Assembly (NCBI GenBank): GCA_030428255.1
Contig: JAUIBT010000008.1
Span: forward strand, 26,794 to 90,793
DNA: 64,000 nt
Direction: 5' to 3'
Source of the DNA: Alphaproteobacteria bacterium
Lineage (GTDB): Bacteria > Pseudomonadota > Alphaproteobacteria > UBA7985 > JAUIBT01
Position numbers and translations under genes: made by a program. Under the pieces are notes generated by a model. It did not search any database, had not been told where the DNA came from, and saw only the letters and a list, made by a program, of their open reading frames with translations. Within the stretch, counting starts at the first letter, position 1. The number at the start of each line of letters is the position of its first letter. Below, in pieces: positions 27,975 through 37,559 of the stretch.

Positions 27975-29159
27975 ATGAAAGACGCCGTTATCGTTTCCAC
28001 CGCGCGCACGGGCATTGGCCGCGCGTTCAAGGGGGCCTTCAACGCCACCAAGTCGCCGACCATGATGGGCCACGCCATCAGCCATGCGGTTCAGCGCGCG
28101 GGCATCGACCCGGCCGAGATCGATGACGCTGTGATCGGCAGCGTCTTGACCTCTGGCACCGCGGGCATGAACCTGGCGCGCAACGCAGTGTTCGCAGCCG
28201 GCCTGCCGCTGTCGGTCTCTGCGCAGACGCTGGACCGTCAGTGTGCTTCGGGCCTGATGGCGGTGGCGACGGCTGCCAAGCAGATTATCGTTGACGGCAT
28301 GCAGGTCGTGCTGGCGGGCGGGCAGGACAACATCAGTGCCGAGCAAGCCTCCTATTTCCAGGGCGTGATGGCTGCGGTTGATCCCAACGTGACCGCCAAA
28401 GTTGCCCATGCCTACATGCCCATGCTGAAGACCGCCGAGTTCGTGGCTGACAAGTACAAGGTCAGCCGCGAGGCCCAGGACGAATACGCGCTCAGCTCTC
28501 AACAGCGCACAGCGGCGGCGCAAGAAGCGGGCCGTTTTGATGCGGAGATCGTGCCCTTCGCGACCCAGATGGCGGTGAAGGACAAGGCGACTGGCGAGGT
28601 CACTATGCAGGATATCACGCTGGCCAAAGACGAGGGCAACCGCCCGACCACTACGCTTGAGTCACTGAACGGCCTGAACCCAGTGATCGAGGGCGGCTGC
28701 GTGACGGCGGGCAATGCCAGCCAACTGTCGGACGGTGCCAGTGCGCTGGTGCTGATGGAAGGCGGCGAGGCCTCGCGCCGGGGCCTGGAGCCGCTGGGCA
28801 TCTATCGCGGCATGGCGGTGGCTGGCTGCGCGCCTGAGGAAATGGGCATCGGCCCGATTTATGCCGTGCCCAAGCTGCTCAAGCAGCACGGCTTGAAGGT
28901 GTCGGACATCGGCCTGTGGGAGCTGAACGAAGCCTTCGCCTGCCAAGCGCTGTATTGCCGGGACCACCTGGGTATTGATCCCGAGATCTACAACGTCAAC
29001 GGCGGCGCGATCTCGGTCGGTCACCCCTATGGCATGACCGGCGCGCGTCTGACCGGCCACGCGCTGATCGAGGGCAAGCGTCGCGGCGCGAAGTACGTGG
29101 TGGTGACCATGTGCGTTGGCGGAGGCATGGGCGCTGCGGGCCTGTTCGAAGTCGCCTAG
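27975..29159 (+). CDS. Acetyl-CoA C-acyltransferase (thiolase)
   Basis: [26 protein letters not shown]. Confidence 0.95.
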   Translation: MKDAVIVSTARTGIGRAFKGAFNATKSPTMMGHAISHAVQRAGIDPAEIDDAVIGSVLTSGTAGMNLARNAVFAAGLPLSVSAQTLDRQCASGLMAVATAAKQIIVDGMQVVLAGGQDNISAEQASYFQGVMAAVDPNVTAKVAHAYMPMLKTAEFVADKYKVSREAQDEYALSSQQRTAAAQEAGRFDAEIVPFATQMAVKDKATGEVTMQDITLAKDEGNRPTTTLESLNGLNPVIEGGCVTAGNASQLSDGASALVLMEGGEASRRGLEPLGIYRGMAVAGCAPEEMGIGPIYAVPKLLKQHGLKVSDIGLWELNEAFACQALYCRDHLGIDPEIYNVNGGAISVGHPYGMTGARLTGHALIEGKRRGAKYVVVTMCVGGGMGAAGLFEVA

Positions 29160-29308
29160 CGCAAACCGCGAGAAAGCTGCACCACTTTCGAGCATGGATT
29201 TGCGCTTAAAAAACAAAGAGCTAGAGCGACCGGTGCTGGCGCCATGCCAGGCCCCGACGCTCTAGCGTCCTAGGCTGGCACACAGCAGCGCAAGAACTCA
29301 ACAAAATC

Positions 29309-29343
29309 AACCGCTTGCGGCTCAGGCTGCGGGCGGTTTTTTT
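29309..29343 (+). terminator. Rho-independent terminator closing the catabolic operon
   Basis: AACCGCTTGCGGC-TCAG-GCTGCGGGCGGTT followed by a T-run. Confidence 0.75.
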
Positions 29344-29731
29344 GTGGTTGGTTTGCGGCCTCCCCGGAGCGGGCCCCTTGGTGCCAACAGCGCCGCCGCT
29401 TGGCCTGACCTGATCTGGCCTGGCCTGGCAGTTATTCTGGGCTGATCTATCTTGGCGGTCTTGAGGGCGAGGAGGGGGGAGGGGGCGGCGAATCGGGGCG
29501 CCACCATTAAGCTCGCAGCTTTTCCAGAAGTCGTTAATGATCGAGATCAGCATGAAAAGTGGCAAGAAAATGGGCAAAGTCTGGCCTGAAAAGCGACTAA
29601 GCAAGCGTTTTATTAGAAATTTTCACGCCCATTGGTGTAGCTTGGCCGCCAAACGAGTAGATCGTGGGGATGAGCTGCTCGAGCAAGTTGGGGTGATGCG
29701 CGGGGCGTGTCGTGATGCTGTGGATTTTCAA

Positions 29732-32293
29732 ATGGATCGATTTCAAAGATCACAAGCAGCGCACGCGAAAGCAAAGCGCGACTGTGCCCTATGGCGTTGG
29801 CTGCGGTGGGGCCTGGTAGGCCTGTTGCTGGCGCTGCCGGGCGTTGCAGCTGCTGCCTGTTCTGGTGCTGCAGGGGACATCGGTAAGGCGGGCGAAACCT
29901 ACACCCTTGGCGATGGCACAGTCGTGCCCTGTGACGGATTGTTGATTGTCACCGAAGGCATGATGCGCAAAGTCGTAGTAGCTGGCGGAGGTAGCAGAAC
30001 TTTTCGTTTTGACAGTGGTGACACATACGATGGTGTCCTGGTAGGTGGCAGCGGCAGCTATGACTTTAGCCAGATCTACACCGGCCGTGTCACCGACTTG
30101 AGCTATATGCTGCAAGGTGCCAATGGATTTGACGTGGATATTGGTAACTGGGACACCAGCAACGTTACAACGCTGGAGAGAACGTTCGATCACGCCCTTG
30201 TGTTTAACAAAGATATTGGACGATGGGACACTTCGAAAGTCACCACAATGGAAGGCATGTTCAGCTATGCCGAAGTCTTTAACCAAGACATCGGCGGCTG
30301 GGATACCAGCAACGTCACGTCTCTACGATATATGTTCTATAGAGCCTACGAGTTCAACGCGGATATTGGCGGCTGGGACACCAGGAAGGTAACGGAGATG
30401 GACGGAACCTTCGTAATCGCTCTGAAATTTAACCAAGATATCAGTGGTTGGGACACCAGCGCGGTAATCGACATGGACTCGATGTTCGACACTGCCCAAG
30501 CCTTCGACCAAGACATCAGCACCTGGAACACCGCCAACGTTCAGAATATGAGGCGCATGTTTGCTGATGCCTCTAGATTCTCCCAAGACCTAAGCGGTTG
30601 GAACGTCTGCAGCGTCACCTCGTCATCAGAATTTGGTGTGCGAGCTGTTTCTCTGCCCGTCACCTCGTACCCGAAATTCGGTGCCGCACCCGACTGTGAA
30701 GGCGGGCAAAGGGTGATCGAGGTCACGGGCCCGACAGGCGCGCCTATCCCCAGCGGCGGTACTTTGGCACTGAGCCAGGTGCCAGCTTCCGGCCAGGCCA
30801 ATACCCTGGTGCTGACGGTGAAGAACAGCGGCGTCGACCCGCTGGCGCTTGGCAACGTGTTTACCCGCAATCTGACCAATGTGACCCTCCAGTCGTTTGT
30901 GTTGGGCTCGACCCGCGTGCCCGGCGGCGGTTCGACCAGGTTAACCATCACCTATACCCCAAGCGCTGATGGCGCGCTGGGCTTTGACCTGGCCATCACC
31001 AACAACGATCCCAAATCGGGCTCCTACCTCATCTCGGTCGCCTGGTCAGCCGCAAAGGAGCAGGCCCAGATCTTGTCCGCTGCCTCGCAGATCATAGGCA
31101 GTTTTTTTGCCAGCAGCATGCAGTCCAACGCCAGCAATCGCTTTGCCCAGGCCCAAGGGGGTGCTGGGCGCGTGTTCCAGAACAACCTGAGCCAGTTCCA
31201 AGATCAAGCCGGCGCTGAGCACGCGCCCGGCGATGCTGTTGCTCTGAGCACGGATCAGGCAAGCGCTACCACCGATCCCAGCGAAGCTTTGGAGCTCATC
31301 GGTCAGCGCTTGGGCCTGGTGGATTCTAACGGCTGGGTCTCCGTGACTACGGACGACCTGATGATGGCGGCCACCGAACTCAGCGGCTTCCAGTCGGCTG
31401 CGCAAGTGGCCCAGCTCGATCCTAGCTTGGCAGCCTCGCTGGGTGCTTGGGATAAGGCAGGCTCGCCTTTTGATGGCCTTCTGCCGGGCGACGGCCTGGA
31501 CCTCTACGCCGCTTATTCGGGCGGGGCCTACTTCAAGAAGGGCAAGGAGGCCTACGTCGGCTCCTCGCGTGACATCATGGTCGGCCTGGATGGCTTTGTG
31601 ACCTCAGAATTGTTCATGGGCCTGGCCTTGGGCCGCGAGACCTCAGAGATCAAGTTTGAGGGTACGCTTGCGGGCAAGCTGGCCCAGCAGGGTTGGCGCG
31701 CCGATGCCTATTCCGCTTGGCAGGCCTTTGACGCCTTCAACCTGGAGGGCCTGGTCTCCTACGCAGGCTTTGCCAATAGGGTGTCTGCTTTTGGAGAGAC
31801 TGGCACCCCTGACAGCCAGCGCTGGATCGCCTCGGGCAAGGCCAGCCTGGAGCTGGATTGGGACCGCTATAGCGTCAGCCCCTATGGTTCGATCAACTAC
31901 AGCCACGAGACCTTTGATGCCTACACCACCAACCTGGGCACCGCTGTTGGGAAAGTCGGGGTCGAGCAGGGCCAGTGGAGCACGGGCCTGCGCGTCCAGG
32001 GCCATCAGCCGATAATCTATGGCCTGACAGGCTATGCTGCGGCGTCGGCCAATGGCACCTGGCTGAACCGCGATACGGTGGTCGGGGCTCTGCCGCTGGA
32101 TGTGTTGGACGAGAACCAGCTTACCGCTGCTTGGCAAGCTGGGCTGACCGGCAGCCTGGCGGGCTTTGCCGAGGGCACCTGGCTGGGCGCGGTGTTGGAA
32201 AGCGCAGACGCCAGCTTGACCTACGGCCAGAGCGGGATCTTTGGTGCCAACCGCGCATCTAGCTGGTCCATCGGCCTGGCTTGGCAGTACTAA
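29732..32293 (+). CDS. DUF285/BspA-repeat surface protein with Ig-like domain and C-terminal autotransporter-like beta-barrel (start uncertain)
   Basis: Signal-like LVGLLLALPGVAAA; 25-aa FNxDIxxWDTSxVxxMxxMF repeats; TVKNSG..PL.L Ig-like module; amphipathic strands ending IGLAWQY. Confidence 0.8.
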   Translation: MDRFQRSQAAHAKAKRDCALWRWLRWGLVGLLLALPGVAAAACSGAAGDIGKAGETYTLGDGTVVPCDGLLIVTEGMMRKVVVAGGGSRTFRFDSGDTYDGVLVGGSGSYDFSQIYTGRVTDLSYMLQGANGFDVDIGNWDTSNVTTLERTFDHALVFNKDIGRWDTSKVTTMEGMFSYAEVFNQDIGGWDTSNVTSLRYMFYRAYEFNADIGGWDTRKVTEMDGTFVIALKFNQDISGWDTSAVIDMDSMFDTAQAFDQDISTWNTANVQNMRRMFADASRFSQDLSGWNVCSVTSSSEFGVRAVSLPVTSYPKFGAAPDCEGGQRVIEVTGPTGAPIPSGGTLALSQVPASGQANTLVLTVKNSGVDPLALGNVFTRNLTNVTLQSFVLGSTRVPGGGSTRLTITYTPSADGALGFDLAITNNDPKSGSYLISVAWSAAKEQAQILSAASQIIGSFFASSMQSNASNRFAQAQGGAGRVFQNNLSQFQDQAGAEHAPGDAVALSTDQASATTDPSEALELIGQRLGLVDSNGWVSVTTDDLMMAATELSGFQSAAQVAQLDPSLAASLGAWDKAGSPFDGLLPGDGLDLYAAYSGGAYFKKGKEAYVGSSRDIMVGLDGFVTSELFMGLALGRETSEIKFEGTLAGKLAQQGWRADAYSAWQAFDAFNLEGLVSYAGFANRVSAFGETGTPDSQRWIASGKASLELDWDRYSVSPYGSINYSHETFDAYTTNLGTAVGKVGVEQGQWSTGLRVQGHQPIIYGLTGYAAASANGTWLNRDTVVGALPLDVLDENQLTAAWQAGLTGSLAGFAEGTWLGAVLESADASLTYGQSGIFGANRASSWSIGLAWQY
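30128..30620 (+). repeat. DUF285-type coding tandem repeats, 75-bp/25-aa unit, about 6.5 copies
   Basis: Recurrent FNQDIGGWDTSNV-like units in the translation; GACATCGGCGGCTGGGA-like units in DNA. Confidence 0.9.
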
Positions 32294-33120
32294 TCCGCGA
32301 AACAGGCGAGGTCTGAAAACGCTCTCAAAGAAGGCAGCACCAGTTGTGCGCGCTGGTCTTCGGGAAAGCTGGCAAAGCCCTTTGCGTCAACAACGCCCGT
32401 CGTAACGCCGACGCAAAATGCGCCTGCCTTGCGGCCCATGCGGATCTCCAGCTTGGGATCATCGCCGACGATCATCATTTCTTCCGGTCTGACCCCGGTG
32501 ATCTGTGCGACCTGCGCAAGGCCCTTGGTCTCCGGCTTGCCAAACACCGTCACCTCCACCCCGGTGGCGTTGGTCAGCGCCGCAGCGACAGCGCCAGAGA
32601 TGCCCAGCAGCTTTTTGCCGCCAGCGCCCGCAAAAAAGGGTGCAACCGAGCCTGCAAAGGGCCGCGCACCATCCCACACCGCCTGCACCACGGTTTCAAG
32701 CTGCTCGGCGTCGAAATCCCTGGTCCAGCCCAGCAAGACCGCATCGACCTTGGGTGCGTCTTTGCTGGGAGCAATGACCTCAATTCCGACCTCGCGCATG
32801 GGGGCCTGGGTGCCTTCAGCGCCCATGACCATGACCCGCTGATAACCCATGTCCTTCAGCGCTCGTGCAGCCACAGCAGCAGGGGTCAGGATGTGTCCGG
32901 GCTCCAGAACCAGGCCCGCGTCGGCCAACAGCGGATAGTAGTGCGCGGGTGGAAAGAAGGTGCCGTTGGTATAGGCCACGGCAGGCAGCCCCCGCTCACG
33001 GCACAGCGCCAGAGCTTCGCGCGCACCGGGCAGCGCGGTGTAGCTGTGGGTCTCCTTGTCCATCAGCGCCAGCGTGCCGTCGATGTCAAAGACTAGCGCA
33101 CGGATGGGGTGGGTGTGCAT
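32290..33120 (-). CDS. HAD-IIA family hydrolase (NagD-like)
   Basis: FDIDGT, YTNG, FGKP, IVGDD. Confidence 0.88.
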   Translation of the reverse strand: MHTHPIRALVFDIDGTLALMDKETHSYTALPGAREALALCRERGLPAVAYTNGTFFPPAHYYPLLADAGLVLEPGHILTPAAVAARALKDMGYQRVMVMGAEGTQAPMREVGIEVIAPSKDAPKVDAVLLGWTRDFDAEQLETVVQAVWDGARPFAGSVAPFFAGAGGKKLLGISGAVAAALTNATGVEVTVFGKPETKGLAQVAQITGVRPEEMMIVGDDPKLEIRMGRKAGAFCVGVTTGVVDAKGFASFPEDQRAQLVLPSLRAFSDLACFAD

Positions 33121-33294
33121 GCTGCGGGTCCTGTCGTTGGTGAAATCTGATTGCGATTGACTTGGCCCAGCGGTCGGGCGCAGATATCGGGTGACCAAGC
33201 TGGCGCGGTTCGGCATCTTTACGACTGATGGCACAGGCTGCAAGTCTTGATTGGTATAAATGGATGTGCGCGCTGCTCACGGCCCGGTCAGGGC

Positions 33295-33774
33295 TCAAAA
33301 TGGCCCATCGGGGTCCAGCGCCCCCATGTGGCGACGCGCGGCCAGACCCGCAAAGCGCAGCATCAGGGCTTTGCGGCGGGCCGGGGCCAGAGGAGCGTGG
33401 TGATAGGGGCGCTCTTGAAAGGCCTCATAGGCGTCGGCCAACAGCAAGCCGACTTCCTCGGGGATGACCTCGCGCGGGAACTCGGGCGCGACGCCAAAGC
33501 CGAAATAGTCGCAAAAATCCAAGTAGTCCTGCCACTTGCTGTCGGCGCGATAGTCCGCCAGCCCTGACTTAATCTCGATGATCAGGAAGTGGCCCTTGGG
33601 GTCCATGGCCAAAAGGTCGGCGCGCCGCTTGTTGGGTAGGGGAACTTCGGGCAGCCAGACCCAGCCTTGGTGCGCTAAGAAGCGCCCCAGCCCACGCCGG
33701 ATGCGCAAAGCTTCCAGGCTGAGGCCGTCGGTGCCCGCCGGTGGAAGGCGGTCCATGTCGCTGCCGCTGGTCAT
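33295..33774 (-). CDS. mmcB: MmcB family DNA repair protein (PD-(D/E)xK nuclease)
   Basis: EVPLPNKRRADL, IIEIKS, DSKWQDYLDFCD, GLLLADAY. Confidence 0.85.
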   Translation of the reverse strand: MTSGSDMDRLPPAGTDGLSLEALRIRRGLGRFLAHQGWVWLPEVPLPNKRRADLLAMDPKGHFLIIEIKSGLADYRADSKWQDYLDFCDYFGFGVAPEFPREVIPEEVGLLLADAYEAFQERPYHHAPLAPARRKALMLRFAGLAARRHMGALDPDGPF

Positions 33775-33803
33775 CTCTGCTTTGCTTTTCCTGTCAAAGA
33801 CCC

Positions 33804-33839
33804 AAAAAAAGGCGAGGTCGCAGATGGCAACCTCGCCTT
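33804..33839 (-). terminator. Rho-independent terminator downstream of the Fe3+ SBP gene
   Basis: AAGGCGAGGT...ACCTCGCCTT stem with an A7 run on its left (U-tail on minus strand). Confidence 0.75.
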
Positions 33840-33934
33840 GATCTTAGCCAGCAATGGGGCGCGCGCGCAAGCGGTGCTGGCGACTGGACTTGCCCCGCTC
33901 CAAGTCCTTGGCGCTGTTGGCGTTGGACCGAACG

Positions 33935-34993
33935 CTAGTTGTTGAAGCGCAGCTTTTCCACCAGTTTTGAGGCGGTGCTTCGCTCAGCGGCCATGGCGCT
34001 CAGTGGCAGCTCCTCGGCCTTGAAGTCACCCCAAGACTGCAGCAGCTCTGAAGGCTCAACGCCCGGAACGACGGGGTATTCATAGTTCTCTGCCGAATAA
34101 ATGGCCTGGGCCTTGTCGCTCAACAAGAAGCGCATGAAGCTCAAGGCAGCCTCGCGGTTGGGCGCATGCTTGGCCAGGGCCATGCCCGAGATATTCACGT
34201 GCGCGCCGCGATCATCTTGGTTGGGGAAGATCAGATTGACGGCCTGGGCCCAAGCGACCTGCTCGGGATTGTTGAGCATTTTGCCCATGTAATAGGTGTT
34301 GCCGATCGCCAGGCTGCACTCGCCCTCTTTGATGGCCTTGACCTGTGCGCGGTCGTTGCCTTGTGGGCGGCGTGCCAGATTGGCTTTGATGCCGGTCAAC
34401 CAGGCCTCGGTCGCCTCTACGCCTTGCGAGGCAATCATGGCCGCGAACAAACCGATGTTATAGTTGTGGGTGCCCGAGCGGATGCAGATCTGGCCCTTGA
34501 ACTCGGGCTTGGTTAGATCTTCATAGCGCTGGACGCTGGCGGGATCGATGCGGTCCTTGGCGGCGTAAATCACGCGCGCGCGGCGGGTCAGGCCGAACCA
34601 GTGTCCCTCGCTGTCACGATACTGAGCGGGCAGGGCAGCGTTGATGGCCTCATCGTCCAAGGCTTGGGTCAAGCCCATAGATTTTGCGTCCTGCAGGCGC
34701 CCAAAATCCGAGGTCAAGAAGACATCAACCGGCGACAGGCTGCCTTCTGCGCGCGCGCGCTCCAACAGGCCCTTGCTGGCATAAAGAAAGTTGACCTTGA
34801 GTCCAGTTTCTTCCTCGAACGCTTCGAACAGCGGCTCCATCAGGAAGGTTTGGCGATAGGAGTAGACGTTGACGCTCTGGGCCTGAGCGGCGGTGCCCAG
34901 GTCGCTGGCCAGCAGGCCGACCGCAGCCAAGCTGGCGGTGGTAAGGGCGGCAAAGCTCCGGCGACCAAAGAATTTTTGAAAGACAGGAAACAT
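33935..34993 (-). CDS. futA: Fe(3+) ABC transporter substrate-binding protein (FutA/FbpA family)
   Basis: VNVYSYR, WFGLTRRARVI, ICIRSG, GNDRAQVKAI, iron-liganding NTYY, NYEYPV. Confidence 0.88.
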   Translation of the reverse strand: MFPVFQKFFGRRSFAALTTASLAAVGLLASDLGTAAQAQSVNVYSYRQTFLMEPLFEAFEEETGLKVNFLYASKGLLERARAEGSLSPVDVFLTSDFGRLQDAKSMGLTQALDDEAINAALPAQYRDSEGHWFGLTRRARVIYAAKDRIDPASVQRYEDLTKPEFKGQICIRSGTHNYNIGLFAAMIASQGVEATEAWLTGIKANLARRPQGNDRAQVKAIKEGECSLAIGNTYYMGKMLNNPEQVAWAQAVNLIFPNQDDRGAHVNISGMALAKHAPNREAALSFMRFLLSDKAQAIYSAENYEYPVVPGVEPSELLQSWGDFKAEELPLSAMAAERSTASKLVEKLRFNN

Positions 34994-35061
34994 AAGGGCT
35001 CCTAAATGGGACGAATTCGGTCCTCTTACTAGCGAGGCTTGGATGAGCCTACAAGAGAAAA

Positions 35062-35084
35062 AATAGGACTAATTTGGTCTGCAT
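35062..35084. promoter_or_regulatory. Candidate IscR/Rrf2-type iron-responsive box upstream of futA
   Basis: GACTAATTTGGTC (35067-35079) differs at one position from the IscR type-1 core GACTRWWWYAGTC; about 75 bp upstream of an iron-uptake gene. Confidence 0.45.
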
Positions 35085-36055
35085 CAAATTGTCGCCGAAT
35101 ATCCTGCGAAAACGAGGCATAAAAGGGCAATGAGCGCCGTGGCGGTCCAATAGACGCGAAATGCGCGGGTCAAATCTTGGCCCCTGGCGTGCCCGCAGCC
35201 GTCGCCGATCCAGGGATCTTCAATCTGATAGTCGCCGTAGTCGCGCGGGCCCGCCAGCTTTATGCCCAACGCGGCGGCCATGGCCGACTCGGGCCATCCT
35301 GCGTTGATCGAGCGGTGCTTGCCCGCATCGCGCCTGATGATGGCTAAGCTTTTGCCGAGGCGCGCCGCCAACACCAGCCGGGCAGACAGCGCGAACAGCA
35401 GCCCGGTCAGGCGGGCAGGCAGCCAGTTGGCCGCGTCGTCGATGCGCGCCGCCAGCTTACCAAAGGCCTCATAGCGCTGGGAGCGGTGGCCGATCATCGA
35501 ATCCAGCGTGTTGATGGTTTTGTAGGCCAACAGCCCCGGCAGCCCGGCGAGGGCGTACCAAAACAGCGGTGCCACCGCGCCATCGGAATAATTTTCAGCC
35601 AGACTCTCGATGGCCGCGCGCGCTACGCCCGCCTCGTCCAAGCGTTGAGGATCGCGGCCCACGACATGGGCCACGCCAGCCCTGGCGGCGCTGAGATCGC
35701 CGGCTAGCAAAGCGCGCTCGACCGGCTTGATGAATCGATACAGACCGTTGAAGGCCAACAGGCTGGAGGCCAAAGCCAGCTCGATCAACCAGCCATAGGC
35801 CAGAGCGCGCGCCCACGTTTGGATCAGCCAGCCCAGCGCGGCGGCCAACAGGATCAGGACCAGCGCCAACAGCCCACCACTGATCAGCCGACCTAGGCGC
35901 CCGCCGCGATTGAGCCAGGCCTCGCCCAGCGCGATGATCTTGCCGATCACCACCACCGGGTGCCAGACGCGCGCATAGAGCCAGGCCGGGTCGCCCATGG
36001 CCAGGTCGGCCAGCAGCGCCAAAAAAACCAACCAGGCCGGGGGTAAAAAAGCCAT
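35084..36055 (-). CDS. cbiB: Adenosylcobinamide-phosphate synthase CbiB/CobD
   Basis: GDP..HPV, VGRD, ESLAENYSDG, NTLDSMIGH, DDAANWLPARLT, NAGWPE. Confidence 0.93.
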   Translation of the reverse strand: MAFLPPAWLVFLALLADLAMGDPAWLYARVWHPVVVIGKIIALGEAWLNRGGRLGRLISGGLLALVLILLAAALGWLIQTWARALAYGWLIELALASSLLAFNGLYRFIKPVERALLAGDLSAARAGVAHVVGRDPQRLDEAGVARAAIESLAENYSDGAVAPLFWYALAGLPGLLAYKTINTLDSMIGHRSQRYEAFGKLAARIDDAANWLPARLTGLLFALSARLVLAARLGKSLAIIRRDAGKHRSINAGWPESAMAAALGIKLAGPRDYGDYQIEDPWIGDGCGHARGQDLTRAFRVYWTATALIALLCLVFAGYSATI

Positions 36056-36246
36056 AAGCTGCCGCTTTCGCTCTTGAGATTTTGCTCTAAGTGGTTGACA
36101 CCAAGGCCACTTGGGTTGCGCCGTAAATTTGGCGCTTTGTCAATCGTTTCTCTGTTCAGGGCCTGCGGCAGGTCTGCCGACACCCTGAGCCTCGCACTTA
36201 TAGAGCCCGTCGGCGCTAGCCCAGCGGGCCGCAGGAAGGTCGTTTT

Positions 36247-37356
36247 ATGAGCAAAGTTGGAATTATGGTCTGCGGGCATGGCTCGCGTTCGGTCGATGCG
36301 GTCGCCCAGTTCAATAGCCTGGCCGAGCACATCAAAAAGAGCCACCCCGATTTGCCCGTTGAAAGCGGTTTTCTGGAGTTTGCGACGCCGGTCATTCGCG
36401 ACGGCCTCAACAAGCTGAAGGATCAGGGCGTCGATCATATCCTGGCCATTCCCGGTATGTTGTTCGCTGCGGGCCACGCCAAGAACGACATTCCCTCGGT
36501 GCTGAACACCTATGCTGCCGAAAGCGGTATCAAGGTCGATTATGGTCGCGAGCTGGGCATCGACAACAAACTGATCCGCGCGGCAGGCGAGCGCATCATG
36601 GCCGCTATGGCCGCCGCAGATGCCGAGCATGGCCCCGTTGATAAGCACGATACGCTGTTGGTGGTGGTTGGCCGGGGGGCTTCAGATCCTGACGCCAACG
36701 GCAACGTGGCCAAGGTCACACGCTTGCTGTGGGAAGGGCTGGGCTTTGGGCACGCCATGACCGCCTATTCGGGCGTCACCTTCCCGCTGGTCGATCCAGG
36801 GCTAGAGATGGCGCACAAGCTGGGTTTCAAGCGGATCGTGACCTTTCCCTATTTCTTGTTCACTGGCATCTTGGTGGACCGCATTTACGACAGCATGGAG
36901 GCTGTGGCCGCGCGCCATCCTGAGACGCAGTTTGTCAAGGCGGGCTATTTGAATGATCATCCGCTGGTGATCGAGGCCTTTGGCGACCGCATTCGCGAAA
37001 TTGGCGAGGGCGCCAACGTCATGAACTGCCTCAACTGTAAGTACCGCGAGCAGGTTTTGGGCTTTGAGGCTGAGGTGGGCTTGGCGCAAGAGAGCCACCA
37101 CCACCACGTTGAGGGCATCGGCACGGGCGATGCCGCCGACGCGGCCAGCGACTCTGGGCATCACCATCACCACCATGGTCACGGGCATGATCACGGGCAT
37201 GATCAGGGCCACAGCCACGATCACGGGCATGACCACCACCATCACCCCTATCCGCACAACGATCACCCGATGGGGCCGCGCTCTTTGCCGGGCAAGCGTG
37301 AGGGCGATGTCCTGGTGTGTCCCTGCGGGCGTTGGGCAGCGCCCGCTTGCGATTAA
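36247..37356 (+). CDS. cbiX: Sirohydrochlorin cobaltochelatase (long CbiX) with MxCxxC motif and His-rich tail
   Basis: GHGSR, GFLEF, AGHAKNDIP, GRGASDPDAN, PYFLFTG, MNCLNC, poly-His/Gly/Asp tail. Confidence 0.9.
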   Translation: MSKVGIMVCGHGSRSVDAVAQFNSLAEHIKKSHPDLPVESGFLEFATPVIRDGLNKLKDQGVDHILAIPGMLFAAGHAKNDIPSVLNTYAAESGIKVDYGRELGIDNKLIRAAGERIMAAMAAADAEHGPVDKHDTLLVVVGRGASDPDANGNVAKVTRLLWEGLGFGHAMTAYSGVTFPLVDPGLEMAHKLGFKRIVTFPYFLFTGILVDRIYDSMEAVAARHPETQFVKAGYLNDHPLVIEAFGDRIREIGEGANVMNCLNCKYREQVLGFEAEVGLAQESHHHHVEGIGTGDAADAASDSGHHHHHHGHGHDHGHDQGHSHDHGHDHHHHPYPHNDHPMGPRSLPGKREGDVLVCPCGRWAAPACD

Positions 37357-37514
37357 GGTCTGGGCGCTGGACAGCGCCCGCCTGCGATTAAGGTCTGGGC
37401 GCTGGGCGGCGCCCGCCTGCGATTAAGGTCTGGGCGCTGGGCGGCGCCCGCCTGCGATTAAGGTCTGGGCGCTGGGCAGCACCGGCCTGCGACTAAGACC
37501 TGGGCGCTGGCCAG
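37327..37514. repeat. 35-bp tandem repeat, 5 full copies plus a partial, starting inside the cbiX 3' end
   Basis: Unit GGGCGCTGGGCRGCGCCCGCCTGCGATTAAGGTCT at 37327, 37362, 37397, 37432, 37467; no spacers. Confidence 0.95.
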
Positions 37515-37559
37515 AGCTTTGGCCCAACGACGGCAGACAAGCGGAAAGGACCCGAACCT

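Noticed and set aside
33775-33934. LexA box upstream of mmcB (SOS-regulated in Caulobacter)
   Set aside because: No GTTC-N7-GTTC or GAAC-N7-GAAC is visible in this interval
36056-36246. Cobalamin riboswitch between cbiB and cbiX
   Set aside because: A hairpin exists (TCAGGG...CGGCAG/CTGCCG...CCCTGA), but the conserved GGGAA and GCCCCCGCAACTGT/B12-box elements were not found on either strand
37087-37265. CAC/CAT-rich DNA repeat
   Set aside because: It simply encodes the known His-rich tail of long CbiX
37327-37514. CRISPR array (35-bp palindromic repeats)
   Set aside because: Units are directly adjacent with no unique spacers, no cas genes are nearby, and the first unit is coding sequence
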